Program-made: the position numbers and the translations under genes | Notes under the pieces: generated by a model | Databases searched by the model: none | Seen by the model: the letters and a program-made list of their open reading frames with translations, nothing else | Told to the model about the DNA's origin: nothing | DNA from: a bacterium | GTDB lineage: Bacteria; UBP15; UBA6099 | Assembly: GCA_029564595.1 (NCBI GenBank) | Contig: JAKQPS010000037.1 | Coordinates: 72,731-136,730, forward strand | Direction: 5' to 3' | DNA length: 64,000 bases | In this document: piece after piece, positions 26,017 through 34,348 of the stretch | How positions within the stretch are numbered: the stretch's first letter is position 1 | Layout: every line of letters starts with the position of its first letter

Positions 26017-26169
26017 TGCCGCCCCTCGCCTAGTAAATTAGTAGCGCAGTAGACTACTAGACAAATGCTAGCCCTCCAATTTGTTTGTGTCAATATGTTT
26101 ATTCGTTTATCCCGGAGCAGAATCAACGGCGGACTGTATATCCGACCGCGATTCTTCTTAAATAAAAAA

Positions 26170-26297
26170 GCCGATTTTGCTTAGAAAGAAGTTCAACAAA
26201 ATCGGCGTCAAAGAGTTTTTTGGGGAAGGGGCGCGGGGAAACCAATTTTTGCAAAAAATGGTTTCCCCGCAAACTTGCGAACAAATTCATTCAAGCG
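26170..26297 (+). repeat. Family-2 palindromic repeat, copy 2 (full unit)
   Basis: 10-bp hairpin GCCGATTTTG...CAAAATCGGC, then GCGGGGAAACCAATTTTTGCAAAAAATGGTTTCCCCGC (near-perfect 36-nt palindrome), then AAACTTGCGAACAAATTCATT tail. Overlaps the bgl stop codon. Confidence 0.8.
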
Positions 26298-27676
26298 ATA
26301 ATAGTTTCCATCCATTTATCGCCGAAGACGCCGTCGGCGCAGTCGGGCGCGTATTTCTCGACCATCTTCGCTGTTATGCCGTTTTTCTTGACGATGTCCG
26401 CATACATGGCGGCGCTGACTCGCGGAACGCGTTTCAGTTCAGGGTCCGCGTAGTCGCATTCGATGAGGCCGAGCTTTTTGATAAAGCCTTCGCGCCACTC
26501 GAAGTTGTCCGTGAACGACCACTGGAAATAGCCCCTGACGTCGATCCCGGCGTCCAGCGCGCGGGCAATCTGCGCCATGTGCTCCAGCAGGTAGCGTCTG
26601 CGGTCGATGTCGTCGCGTTGCGGATCCGCGCATCCGTTTTCCGTGATATAAATGGGTTTCTTGAATGTGTTCCACACGAATTTGAGAGTGTGGAAGAATC
26701 CCGGCGGATAGTTTTCCCAGCCCATCTGGTTCATCTCTATTCCCGGTTGTATTCCGTGGATGTCAATGAGCATGTCGTCTGTTTTCGCGGCGTCGAACTT
26801 CAGAGACATGCGGGTGTAGTAGTTCACGCCGCAGTAGTCGTAGCTGTCCTTGAGGCCGGGCACGTGTTCGAGTCCGAAGGGGGGGACGATCCAGCCGGTG
26901 GCCACAGAGTAGTCCCACGCCTTGAAGCTTCCGTAAGCCAAGACGGGGGATAGCGCTTTTTCATACGCTCCGGCGATTCCGGGCGTGCCGAAGGGCGCGA
27001 CATGCTGGTAGGCGTTTGCTACGCCGACCTTCGAGGGCCAGCCGTCCGGCCCTTTGGGGACTATGTCGTGAATCAGCCTGTAGCAACGCGCGTGCGATTT
27101 CAGCAGTGTGTTCGAGACTTTGCAGAATGAGGCGAAGGATTTCTTTTCCGGCGGGAACAGCCCGGCGAGGCATCCGGCGACGGCGGGCACGTTCGGCTCA
27201 TTGAGCGTCACCCACAGGTCGGGGTATTCGCCCAACTCTTTGATTATCAGTTCGCAGAAGGCCAGAAAGCGGTCCGCCGCCTCAGGATGCTCCCAGCCGC
27301 CTTTCTCGGCGAACCACAGCGGGAGAACCCAGTGATACAGCGTAAGGCAGATTTTGATATTGTGTTTGCGCAGAGAGCGCAGAATCTTTTCGTAATGCCT
27401 GACGGCCTTCATGTCGAAGACGCCGTCTTCCGGCTCGACGCGCGCCCATTCTATTCCAAGTCGGAACGCCTGATAGCCGAGTTTCGCCATCAGTTCGTGG
27501 TCTTCCTCGTAGCGGTTCCAGTAATCCACCGCCTTGCCGGACACCGTGCCGTCGTAAACCTTGCCCTCGCTCTCGAACTTCCACCAGTCGGACTTGTCGT
27601 TGCCGCCCTCGACCTGATGTCCGGCGGAAGCCGTTCCCCACAGGAACCCTTTTGGGAATATAATTTCTTTTTTCAT
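26291..27676 (-). CDS. Beta-glucosidase, glycoside hydrolase family 1
   Basis: TLNEPNV (acid/base Glu) and YITENGCA (nucleophile Glu) GH1 signatures. 461 aa. Confidence 0.85.
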   Translation of the reverse strand: MKKEIIFPKGFLWGTASAGHQVEGGNDKSDWWKFESEGKVYDGTVSGKAVDYWNRYEEDHELMAKLGYQAFRLGIEWARVEPEDGVFDMKAVRHYEKILRSLRKHNIKICLTLYHWVLPLWFAEKGGWEHPEAADRFLAFCELIIKELGEYPDLWVTLNEPNVPAVAGCLAGLFPPEKKSFASFCKVSNTLLKSHARCYRLIHDIVPKGPDGWPSKVGVANAYQHVAPFGTPGIAGAYEKALSPVLAYGSFKAWDYSVATGWIVPPFGLEHVPGLKDSYDYCGVNYYTRMSLKFDAAKTDDMLIDIHGIQPGIEMNQMGWENYPPGFFHTLKFVWNTFKKPIYITENGCADPQRDDIDRRRYLLEHMAQIARALDAGIDVRGYFQWSFTDNFEWREGFIKKLGLIECDYADPELKRVPRVSAAMYADIVKKNGITAKMVEKYAPDCADGVFGDKWMETIIA

Positions 27677-27761
27677 TTTTCCTCCCGCGATTCGGATTGG
27701 ACGCGAAGCTTTGCGCGCCGCGATTAGAAGCTGAAAATCCCTGCGGAGGTTCGCCCCCGGA

Positions 27762-29153
27762 TCAGGAATCCTTTCTCGGCGAGTCGGTTTTCATCAAGGC
27801 CCAGATGCCCATGCTGTGTTTGCGGGCGTCGGTTTCCAAGTTCTCGAACTTGTTTTTGAGGTCGTGCTCCACCGACCTGTCGCAAAGGCCGTAGCCGTTG
27901 CTGATCAGCGCTTCGGCGGCGTTCGAGCCGTCCGGGGCGAGGATGTGGAACGCGTTGCCGGGGGCGTTTCGCAACTTGGATGATTCGGGCCTAGCGAGGG
28001 ATACGGGTTTGCCTGACAGCAACGCGGCGACGAACGAGAGGGCCTGTCTGTACACGCCCCTGTTGCGGCTGTAGAACGCGGCGGGCGTCTGGAGTCCGAG
28101 CAGGCGTATCTCGCGCCCGTCTTCCAGCTTCAGCGTGTCCAGCCCGAAGATTTCACGCACGACCGCCGGAGGGGCCGCGGCTTCTTTAGCCGGCTGTTTC
28201 TTCGCTCTTTTGCGGACGGGGGCGGTCTTTGCCCCGGCGGTTGCGGCGGTTGCGGCGGCGGGCTTTTCGGACACGGATGAAATAGACTTGATTTCCTTCT
28301 CGATGTCGCTTCTCTTCGGGCGGTTCTGGCTCTCGAATAGAAGCTGTTTCATCGTCTGTCCGCCGGACACCCGCTCCTGAATCACGGGCTTGAGTTTTTC
28401 ATCTGTTTCGTAGCCGATGGACGCGCGGCCCGTGTCTCGCGCGGCTACCATCGTGACCCCGGAGCCGAGAAAGGGGTCGAGCACGGTTTCCCCGAGATAC
28501 GTGTACATGCGGATGAGCCGCCTCGGAATCTCTTCCGGCATCTCCTCCGGGCTTTTTGATATTTTGTCGTCGGGGAAAGTCCAGAGGCTGTTGAAGAGCC
28601 GCCGCCACTCGCGCTCTGAAAGGGAGGACCTTGACGCCGGAACAGACTCCGGCGGCGGGCATTCTCCGGGTTTGACGAAGATGAGGATGCTGTCGTGCCT
28701 GACGGCGATTGAGCCGGAGCGGGGAAGGGGAGATTCGGGAGCGGCGGGCGGGGCGGGCGGCTCGTGCCCGGACTCTCGCAGGCGGACTATCTCGGACTCG
28801 AACCTGAATCCGGCCTTCGCGCAGGCGTCCTCGATGAGCGCGCGCAGCGAGACGTTTTGTTTGTTTCCGGCTGCGGCATCGACGATTTCGGGGCAGACGC
28901 GGACGCAGAGCCTGCACCCGGGTTTGAGGATGCGGTGGCATTCGCGCCATATCAGCGCCAGAGAAGCCGCGTATTCATCGAACTTGCGCAGGCCGCCCAT
29001 ACCTGACGTCGCCGACCACGCGCGCGGTTTCCACGCGGGCGGCGAGGCCACCGCCAGATGCGCCGTCTCCTGTTCGACCTCGCCCATCGACCGGGCGTCT
29101 CCGATTATCACTCTATGCGTTATTTTTGAAGCCGCTTTTTTTCTTCTGCTCAT
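27762..29153 (-). CDS. Beta-class N4/N6 DNA methyltransferase fused, via a basic linker, to a C-terminal SNase (thermonuclease)-like domain
   Basis: N-terminal RVIIGDARSM...LAVASPPAW (motif IV-like) precedes ETVLDPFLGSGVTMVAA (motif I), the permuted order of the N6_N4_Mtase family. KAPVRKRAKKQPAKEAAAPPA basic linker. C-terminal EDGREIRLLGLQTPA...GYGL is an SNase-like OB fold. Confidence 0.7.
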   Translation of the reverse strand: MSRRKKAASKITHRVIIGDARSMGEVEQETAHLAVASPPAWKPRAWSATSGMGGLRKFDEYAASLALIWRECHRILKPGCRLCVRVCPEIVDAAAGNKQNVSLRALIEDACAKAGFRFESEIVRLRESGHEPPAPPAAPESPLPRSGSIAVRHDSILIFVKPGECPPPESVPASRSSLSEREWRRLFNSLWTFPDDKISKSPEEMPEEIPRRLIRMYTYLGETVLDPFLGSGVTMVAARDTGRASIGYETDEKLKPVIQERVSGGQTMKQLLFESQNRPKRSDIEKEIKSISSVSEKPAAATAATAGAKTAPVRKRAKKQPAKEAAAPPAVVREIFGLDTLKLEDGREIRLLGLQTPAAFYSRNRGVYRQALSFVAALLSGKPVSLARPESSKLRNAPGNAFHILAPDGSNAAEALISNGYGLCDRSVEHDLKNKFENLETDARKHSMGIWALMKTDSPRKDS

Positions 29154-29176
29154 ATTTGCTCTCTTCGATGTTGGAT

Positions 29177-30265
29177 TTATGATTCGCTTTCCGGCGATTC
29201 AAAGAACCTGTGGAATTCGGGAGGAAGCTCGCTGTAGTCGTGTTGAGCGGCGATGCCCGACATATCGACCGAATTGTAGGTGTTCCAGAACAGGACTGTT
29301 TTGTCAGCCAAGTCGCGGGTCTTTGCCGTGTGGACAAGCCCCGCGAAGGCTTTCCCGGTGTAGACGCCTTCCAGTTTAACTCCCGCGCAATCGGCGCACA
29401 TGGATATTGCGTCCGCGCTCTCCGGGGTGACCCGTCCGTACTCGCCCCCGAAGAATTCCGTGAGCAGCTCGACATTGAACGGGGTGAACACGCGGACAGG
29501 GAAACTCTGGTCGATGGAGAACAGTTTGAAGGTGGCCTGATTGGCCAGAGAAGAGAGGGCGAAAGTGTTCGCCGCCACCCAGTCTGTGACTTTCACGCCG
29601 ACGACGCGGGATTTCAGGCCGGCGGCGGCGCATCCGGCGATGAGGCCGGACACCGTGCCGCAAGTGCCGACTGCGGCGAAGATGTAGTCAGGCTCGGGGA
29701 TGTCGCCTGCCTCGATCTGTTTCTTCAGTTCGAACGCGGCGTTAATATAGCCGAGGACGCCTGAGACGGAGGAGCCGCCGGCGGGGATGATGAACGGCGG
29801 GCGGCCGTCGTTGAACGAGTGGCGCGCCGCGACTTTCAGAGTCTCGAACGGAACTTCCTTATATCCGCCTTCGGCGAGGTTCAGTTCGGCTCCGTAGTGA
29901 AGGTAGCACAGCATGTTTCTTTTCACCGCCGGAGTGACAGGTTGCGGCACGAGCACGCCAGCGGTTTTGATGCCCCGCGACGCAGCGTGGATGGCTGTGG
30001 CTAGAAAATGGTTTGAGCCGATGCCGCCGAAAGTTATTATCGTTCGCGCGCCCCGCTTAGCCGCCTCCGCCAGAAGAAAATCCAGCTTGCGGATTTTATT
30101 CCCTCCATAGTCCGGATGGCTGAGGTCGTCGCGCTTGATGAACAACCTGCCGACGCCAGTTCTTTCCGCCAGTTCGGGTTTCTCCTCGACCGGGGTCGGA
30201 TAGAATCCGATTGGGCTCCAGTTCAGCTTGTCTCCCAGCGCGGGATACTCCTCGAAAAGAGCCAT
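29177..30265 (-). CDS. PLP-dependent ACC deaminase / D-cysteine desulfhydrase family protein
   Basis: LFIKRDDLSHPDYGGNKIRKLDFLLAEA and GGIGSNH motifs. Start set at MALFEEYP by alignment to family N-termini; the track ORF extends to 30385 (start uncertain). Confidence 0.65.
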   Translation of the reverse strand: MALFEEYPALGDKLNWSPIGFYPTPVEEKPELAERTGVGRLFIKRDDLSHPDYGGNKIRKLDFLLAEAAKRGARTIITFGGIGSNHFLATAIHAASRGIKTAGVLVPQPVTPAVKRNMLCYLHYGAELNLAEGGYKEVPFETLKVAARHSFNDGRPPFIIPAGGSSVSGVLGYINAAFELKKQIEAGDIPEPDYIFAAVGTCGTVSGLIAGCAAAGLKSRVVGVKVTDWVAANTFALSSLANQATFKLFSIDQSFPVRVFTPFNVELLTEFFGGEYGRVTPESADAISMCADCAGVKLEGVYTGKAFAGLVHTAKTRDLADKTVLFWNTYNSVDMSGIAAQHDYSELPPEFHRFFESPESES

Positions 30266-30400
30266 CGAGCCTTGACTGCCTTGAGTTTTCATGATGCGGG
30301 CCACCGAGGGCCGGGAGAGAGGGGAGTGAAAAAGATGTATCTGCGAAACGCGCGCGCCGCCGCGCTCAAACGCAATCCGAAACATGCGGAAAAAACGGAA

Positions 30401-31609
30401 TCAGAACCTGTAACCCGCGTCGATAACGTAGTAGTTCTCGTCGAAGCAGTAGTTGAGTTTCAGCTCCATCGTGGAAGTGAATCTGGCTCCGATGATGCCG
30501 TGGTAGTCCACGCCTTCCATGGATTTCTTGAAGTCGTCCGACGCTCCGTCGTAAGAGATTGACGCGGTGACTTTGGATTTGGCGTTGCGGTATCCCACGC
30601 CCAGCCCGGCAAACATCGTCCCGTCGGCCCCGGCAATGCCTGAAAGGCCGTCCCGGATGTAGTTGACGGACAACTCGGTTATTTTCAATTGATACCGGTA
30701 TGACTGTCCGCTGTAATACGTGCTGACCACGGGTCTGGAATACAATACGCTGTAAACGATGTAATCGTTCTCAGTTTTTTTCCTGTGAGTCCAATAGTCT
30801 ACGCCGATAGAGGTGGCTCCGGAGTCGCTGGACACATTGCCCGGCAGGTCGTGTTTGAGAAACATATAGCCTGCGTGAACCGCATAGAAAGGTTCTCTGG
30901 CGAGCGTTTGAGGCTGCTGTTCAGCCGCCGCATCCGGGCTTTCGGTTGAAGAGGCGGAACCGCCTCTGCCGCGCCTTCCGCTTGAGGCGGCGGGTTCCGC
31001 CGCCGGTTCTGGTTCCGCCGCCGCCGCTGATGAACTGCCTCTGCCTCTCCTGCTGGACGAAGCTGACGCCGCCGCTGGTTCTGGTTCCGCCGGAGCTTCA
31101 GCCGCCGCCGCGCCGCGACCGCGCCTGCTGCTGCCCGACTTCGCCGCCGCCGGGGCCGCCGCTTGTTCAGTCGCCGCCGCCGGTTCTGGTTCCGCTGCTG
31201 CCGCTCCACGGCCTTTCCGCCCTGAAGACGCTTCTGCCGGCTCCTGCGCTGTTTCCGTTTTCTTTTCCGTTTTGGATTCCGTTTTTGTTTCCGCCGCGCC
31301 CGATTCGGCCGCCGACACCGAGTCAAGCTCCTGTATATCCTTCGCCCCCGTCAACATCTTGGCCTGAGCGTAGTGAGGAGTAAGCTTGACGACTTCGAGA
31401 GTCCCGACGATTTTTCCGCCGCGCGCGACATTCAGTTTCTGCCCTTCCTTGAACCCGGCCTCCTTTCCTTTGTAGATTAGAACCGTGCCGTCCTCGAGTA
31501 CGAGGTCTACCCTGACGCCCTGCGCCGAAGCGGGCAGAGCGAAAAGGGCGAACGCCATTCCGAGCAACGCCACCGCTGTTATTTTTCCGATTTTTGAGTT
31601 GAACGCCAT
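30401..31609 (-). CDS. Outer-membrane beta-barrel-type protein with internal tandem Arg/Gly-Ala/Pro/Glu repeats
   Basis: Signal peptide (MAFNSKIGKITAVALLGMAFALFALPASAQG). Four repeats of SS(G)RRGRG(A/S)AAAEPEPAA. C-terminal alternating-hydrophobic strands ending ...GYRF (terminal Phe). Confidence 0.6.
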   Translation of the reverse strand: MAFNSKIGKITAVALLGMAFALFALPASAQGVRVDLVLEDGTVLIYKGKEAGFKEGQKLNVARGGKIVGTLEVVKLTPHYAQAKMLTGAKDIQELDSVSAAESGAAETKTESKTEKKTETAQEPAEASSGRKGRGAAAAEPEPAAATEQAAAPAAAKSGSSRRGRGAAAAEAPAEPEPAAASASSSRRGRGSSSAAAAEPEPAAEPAASSGRRGRGGSASSTESPDAAAEQQPQTLAREPFYAVHAGYMFLKHDLPGNVSSDSGATSIGVDYWTHRKKTENDYIVYSVLYSRPVVSTYYSGQSYRYQLKITELSVNYIRDGLSGIAGADGTMFAGLGVGYRNAKSKVTASISYDGASDDFKKSMEGVDYHGIIGARFTSTMELKLNYCFDENYYVIDAGYRF

Positions 31610-31884
31610 AGTCAGTGTCCGTTGTTTCTTTTCGGAAAAGCTTATTATAACAATGAATAGTTGTCAATCATGCCGCTGACCCGGGATGTAACGCCGCTGG
31701 GCAGCCGGTTTTGCCGCGATTCCGGCGTCTGAAAGAAGAAAAAAACGTTGTCGGGGAGGACGCCGGGCGGAGGGCGTTCTGTCGGGCTGAGCTTATCGAC
31801 AAAAGAGACTCCCCCTTGTATATTTCCAATGATCGCCGCGCGCGGCGCGCATGTAACGCGGCGGACTCCGAGGAGGCTCGCAAA

Positions 31885-33756
31885 GTGGACGCCAAAGGTT
31901 TCAATGGAAAAATCCTGAAAGTCAATCTCACAACCGGAAAAATCGACATCGAGCAACCCGACGAGATGTTCTACCGCAAATACGCGGGGGGCAGCGCTCT
32001 CGGATTCTACTATCTTTTAAAAGAGATGCCGGCGGGGACGGACGCGCTGGCCCCGGAGAGCGTCATCGTTCTGGCTCCCAGCGTGCTCACTGGCGCTCCG
32101 GTGTCGGGCGTCAGCAGGTTCACCGTATCGTGCCGCTCTCCGCTTGGCGGCGCGGCGGGCGACTCGCAGTGCGGCGGAAAATGGGGCGTAGACCTCAAAT
32201 ACGCCGGGTTTGACGCCCTCGTCGTGACCGGCAAATCCACAAAACCGGTCTATCTGTGGGTGTCGGACGGGAAAGCCGAGCTTCGCGACGCCGGGGCGGT
32301 GTGGGGAAAGACCACCGGGGACGCGCGCGCTGCCATCCGCGCCGATCTTGGAGACGAGAAGGCGGAAGTCGCCTGCATCGGACCGGCGGGCGAGAAGCTG
32401 GTGCGTTTTGCCAACATCTCCGGCGGCAGCTCGAACTACGCCGGCCGCACGGGAGCCGGCGCTGTGATGGGGTCGAAGAATCTCAAGGCCGTCGCTTGCA
32501 GGGGCGCTCGCGCTCCTTACGAGTACGCCGACGCCGACGGCGTGCGCGCGATAGCGAAAAAAGGAGCGGCCTCGTTCGATAATTCCAAGTTCCACGCGAT
32601 TCTGCGCGAGATGGGCACTCCGGGCGTCGTCCGCCTTCAGGCCGGCGTCGGCAACCTCTGCGCGAAAAATTTTACATACGGCTCTTTCGAGGGAATGGAA
32701 AAAATTTCGGGCGAAACGCTCCGCGACACCATAAAAGTGAAAGACGAGACATGCCACGCCTGCGTCGTAAAATGCAAGAACGTGGTGTCCGCCGAGGAGC
32801 CGTTCAAGATCGACCCCGAATACGGCGGCCCGGAGTTCGAGACCATCGGCCTGCTAGGCTCCAATCTCCTCATCGACGACATCGCCGCCGTCGCCAAAGG
32901 CAACGAAATCTGCAACGCGCTCGGCATGGACACCATATCCGCCGGGGCGATGATAGCTTACGCCGCCGAATGCGCGGAAAACGGGCTGATTGACAAAAAG
33001 CAATCAGGCGGGTTCGAAATCAAGTTCGGCGACTCCGCCGCGATGCTCGAAGCTTTGAGGATGATAGGCGAGCGCGAGGGGCTGGGGGCTGTGTTGGCGG
33101 AAGGCCCGGACCGCGCCATAGCCGCGCTCGGCTCCGAAACCGCCAAGTTCTGCATACACGCAAAAGGCCTTTCCTTCCCGGCGCACATGGCGCAGGTGAA
33201 GATGTCGCAGGCGCTCACATACGCGGTGAACCCGTTCGGCGCGGACCACATGTCGAGCGAACACGACTGGCTGATAGCGGGGCCGAACGAGGCCGCGCGC
33301 GGGCTGGCCCTCTATGAAAAACGCCAGTTCGACGAACTGGACGCGGAAAAAGTCAAACTCGTCGTCTACACCCAGTTCTTCTACAGCGCGCTGGACACGT
33401 TCACTCTCTGCGGCTTCTGCTGGGGGCCGGACGCGATTTTCGGATACCGCGACCTCGAAGACCTTGTGGCGGCGGCGACCGGATGGAAGATGACTCTTTG
33501 GGAGATAATGAAGCTCGGCGAGCGGCGCGTGAACATGATGCGCGCGTTCAACGCCCGCGAGGGGTTCACCGCCAAAGACGACACTCTGCCGGAGCGAATA
33601 TTCGTCCCCATCCCGTCGGGCGACGCCGAAGGCCGGCGCGTGCCCCGCGAGGCGTTCGAGGCCGCGAAGCAACTCTACTACGCCATGCTCGGATGGGACG
33701 CCGCCACAGGCAATCCAACCCCCGGCAAACTCGCCGAACTCGGCGTCGAAGCGTAA
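31885..33756 (+). CDS. Aldehyde:ferredoxin oxidoreductase family (tungsten/molybdopterin) enzyme
   Basis: GTG start at 31885 with GAGGAGG 8 nt upstream. N-terminus DAKGFNGKILKVNLTTGKI is the typical AOR opening. ~620 aa with Cys-containing cluster region. Confidence 0.7.
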   Translation: MDAKGFNGKILKVNLTTGKIDIEQPDEMFYRKYAGGSALGFYYLLKEMPAGTDALAPESVIVLAPSVLTGAPVSGVSRFTVSCRSPLGGAAGDSQCGGKWGVDLKYAGFDALVVTGKSTKPVYLWVSDGKAELRDAGAVWGKTTGDARAAIRADLGDEKAEVACIGPAGEKLVRFANISGGSSNYAGRTGAGAVMGSKNLKAVACRGARAPYEYADADGVRAIAKKGAASFDNSKFHAILREMGTPGVVRLQAGVGNLCAKNFTYGSFEGMEKISGETLRDTIKVKDETCHACVVKCKNVVSAEEPFKIDPEYGGPEFETIGLLGSNLLIDDIAAVAKGNEICNALGMDTISAGAMIAYAAECAENGLIDKKQSGGFEIKFGDSAAMLEALRMIGEREGLGAVLAEGPDRAIAALGSETAKFCIHAKGLSFPAHMAQVKMSQALTYAVNPFGADHMSSEHDWLIAGPNEAARGLALYEKRQFDELDAEKVKLVVYTQFFYSALDTFTLCGFCWGPDAIFGYRDLEDLVAAATGWKMTLWEIMKLGERRVNMMRAFNAREGFTAKDDTLPERIFVPIPSGDAEGRRVPREAFEAAKQLYYAMLGWDAATGNPTPGKLAELGVEA

Positions 33757-33826
33757 GAAAAATCAGTTGCGTTAAGGCGGTTGAAAAAGAATATAGTTTA
33801 CATCGGCCGCTGGTCAAAGAGCCGAA

Positions 33827-34336
33827 CTAGAAAGGGTCGTCCTGATCAACATACAGAGGATCAGGGTCCTTGCTTTGAGCGATAAGAGAATGGATAATTC
33901 GGTTAACTCTGTCTGACGACAATATTGATTTTAGCAAATCGACGAACTCTTCTTCGCTATCGCTCTGCAGAATCGCTTCTTTTTCCATTTCCCCGGCATT
34001 TACCATCATATCAGAAGTGATATAAACCGGATAAGTATTTAGGGGGTGATATGCGATGTTGAGAATGGGTATTTCATAATTGTTTAATTTTGGAGCTATG
34101 ATTAGCAAAACATGTCCTGATAATGAATCGCTTTTTTTAGTATCCCAGCTTCCAACAACTAAAAACTTGATTCGTTTATCACGCGTTAATATAGCAGGAA
34201 AATGATTGACTTTGCCTTTCAACGTTGAACCTGTGATCGCGCTCAAAGCTTCGGCTTGTTCTTTTAAAATTGTGGCCGGTGTTCTTTCTGGTGCAATGTC
34301 CTTGTTGATTTCGGGCCAAAGGATTCTCGAAGACAT
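33827..34336 (-). CDS. Hypothetical protein (169 aa), second gene of the AT-rich two-gene cassette
   Basis: AT-rich. 12-nt gap after the upstream EEP gene. No recognisable motif. Confidence 0.55.
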   Translation of the reverse strand: MSSRILWPEINKDIAPERTPATILKEQAEALSAITGSTLKGKVNHFPAILTRDKRIKFLVVGSWDTKKSDSLSGHVLLIIAPKLNNYEIPILNIAYHPLNTYPVYITSDMMVNAGEMEKEAILQSDSEEEFVDLLKSILSSDRVNRIIHSLIAQSKDPDPLYVDQDDPF

Positions 34337-34348
34337 TTTCTTCCTCCC

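Noticed and set aside
25400-26300. Integron cassette / attC interpretation of the family-2 repeats (the sequence GTTCAAC in the hairpin loop matches RYYYAAC / GTTRRRY)
   Set aside because: Only isolated cassettes rather than an array, no intI/attI in the window, the GTTCAAC heptamer is not positioned as R''/R' boundaries of an attC, and copy 2's loop is not conserved. Kept only as a remote possibility in the family-2 finding.
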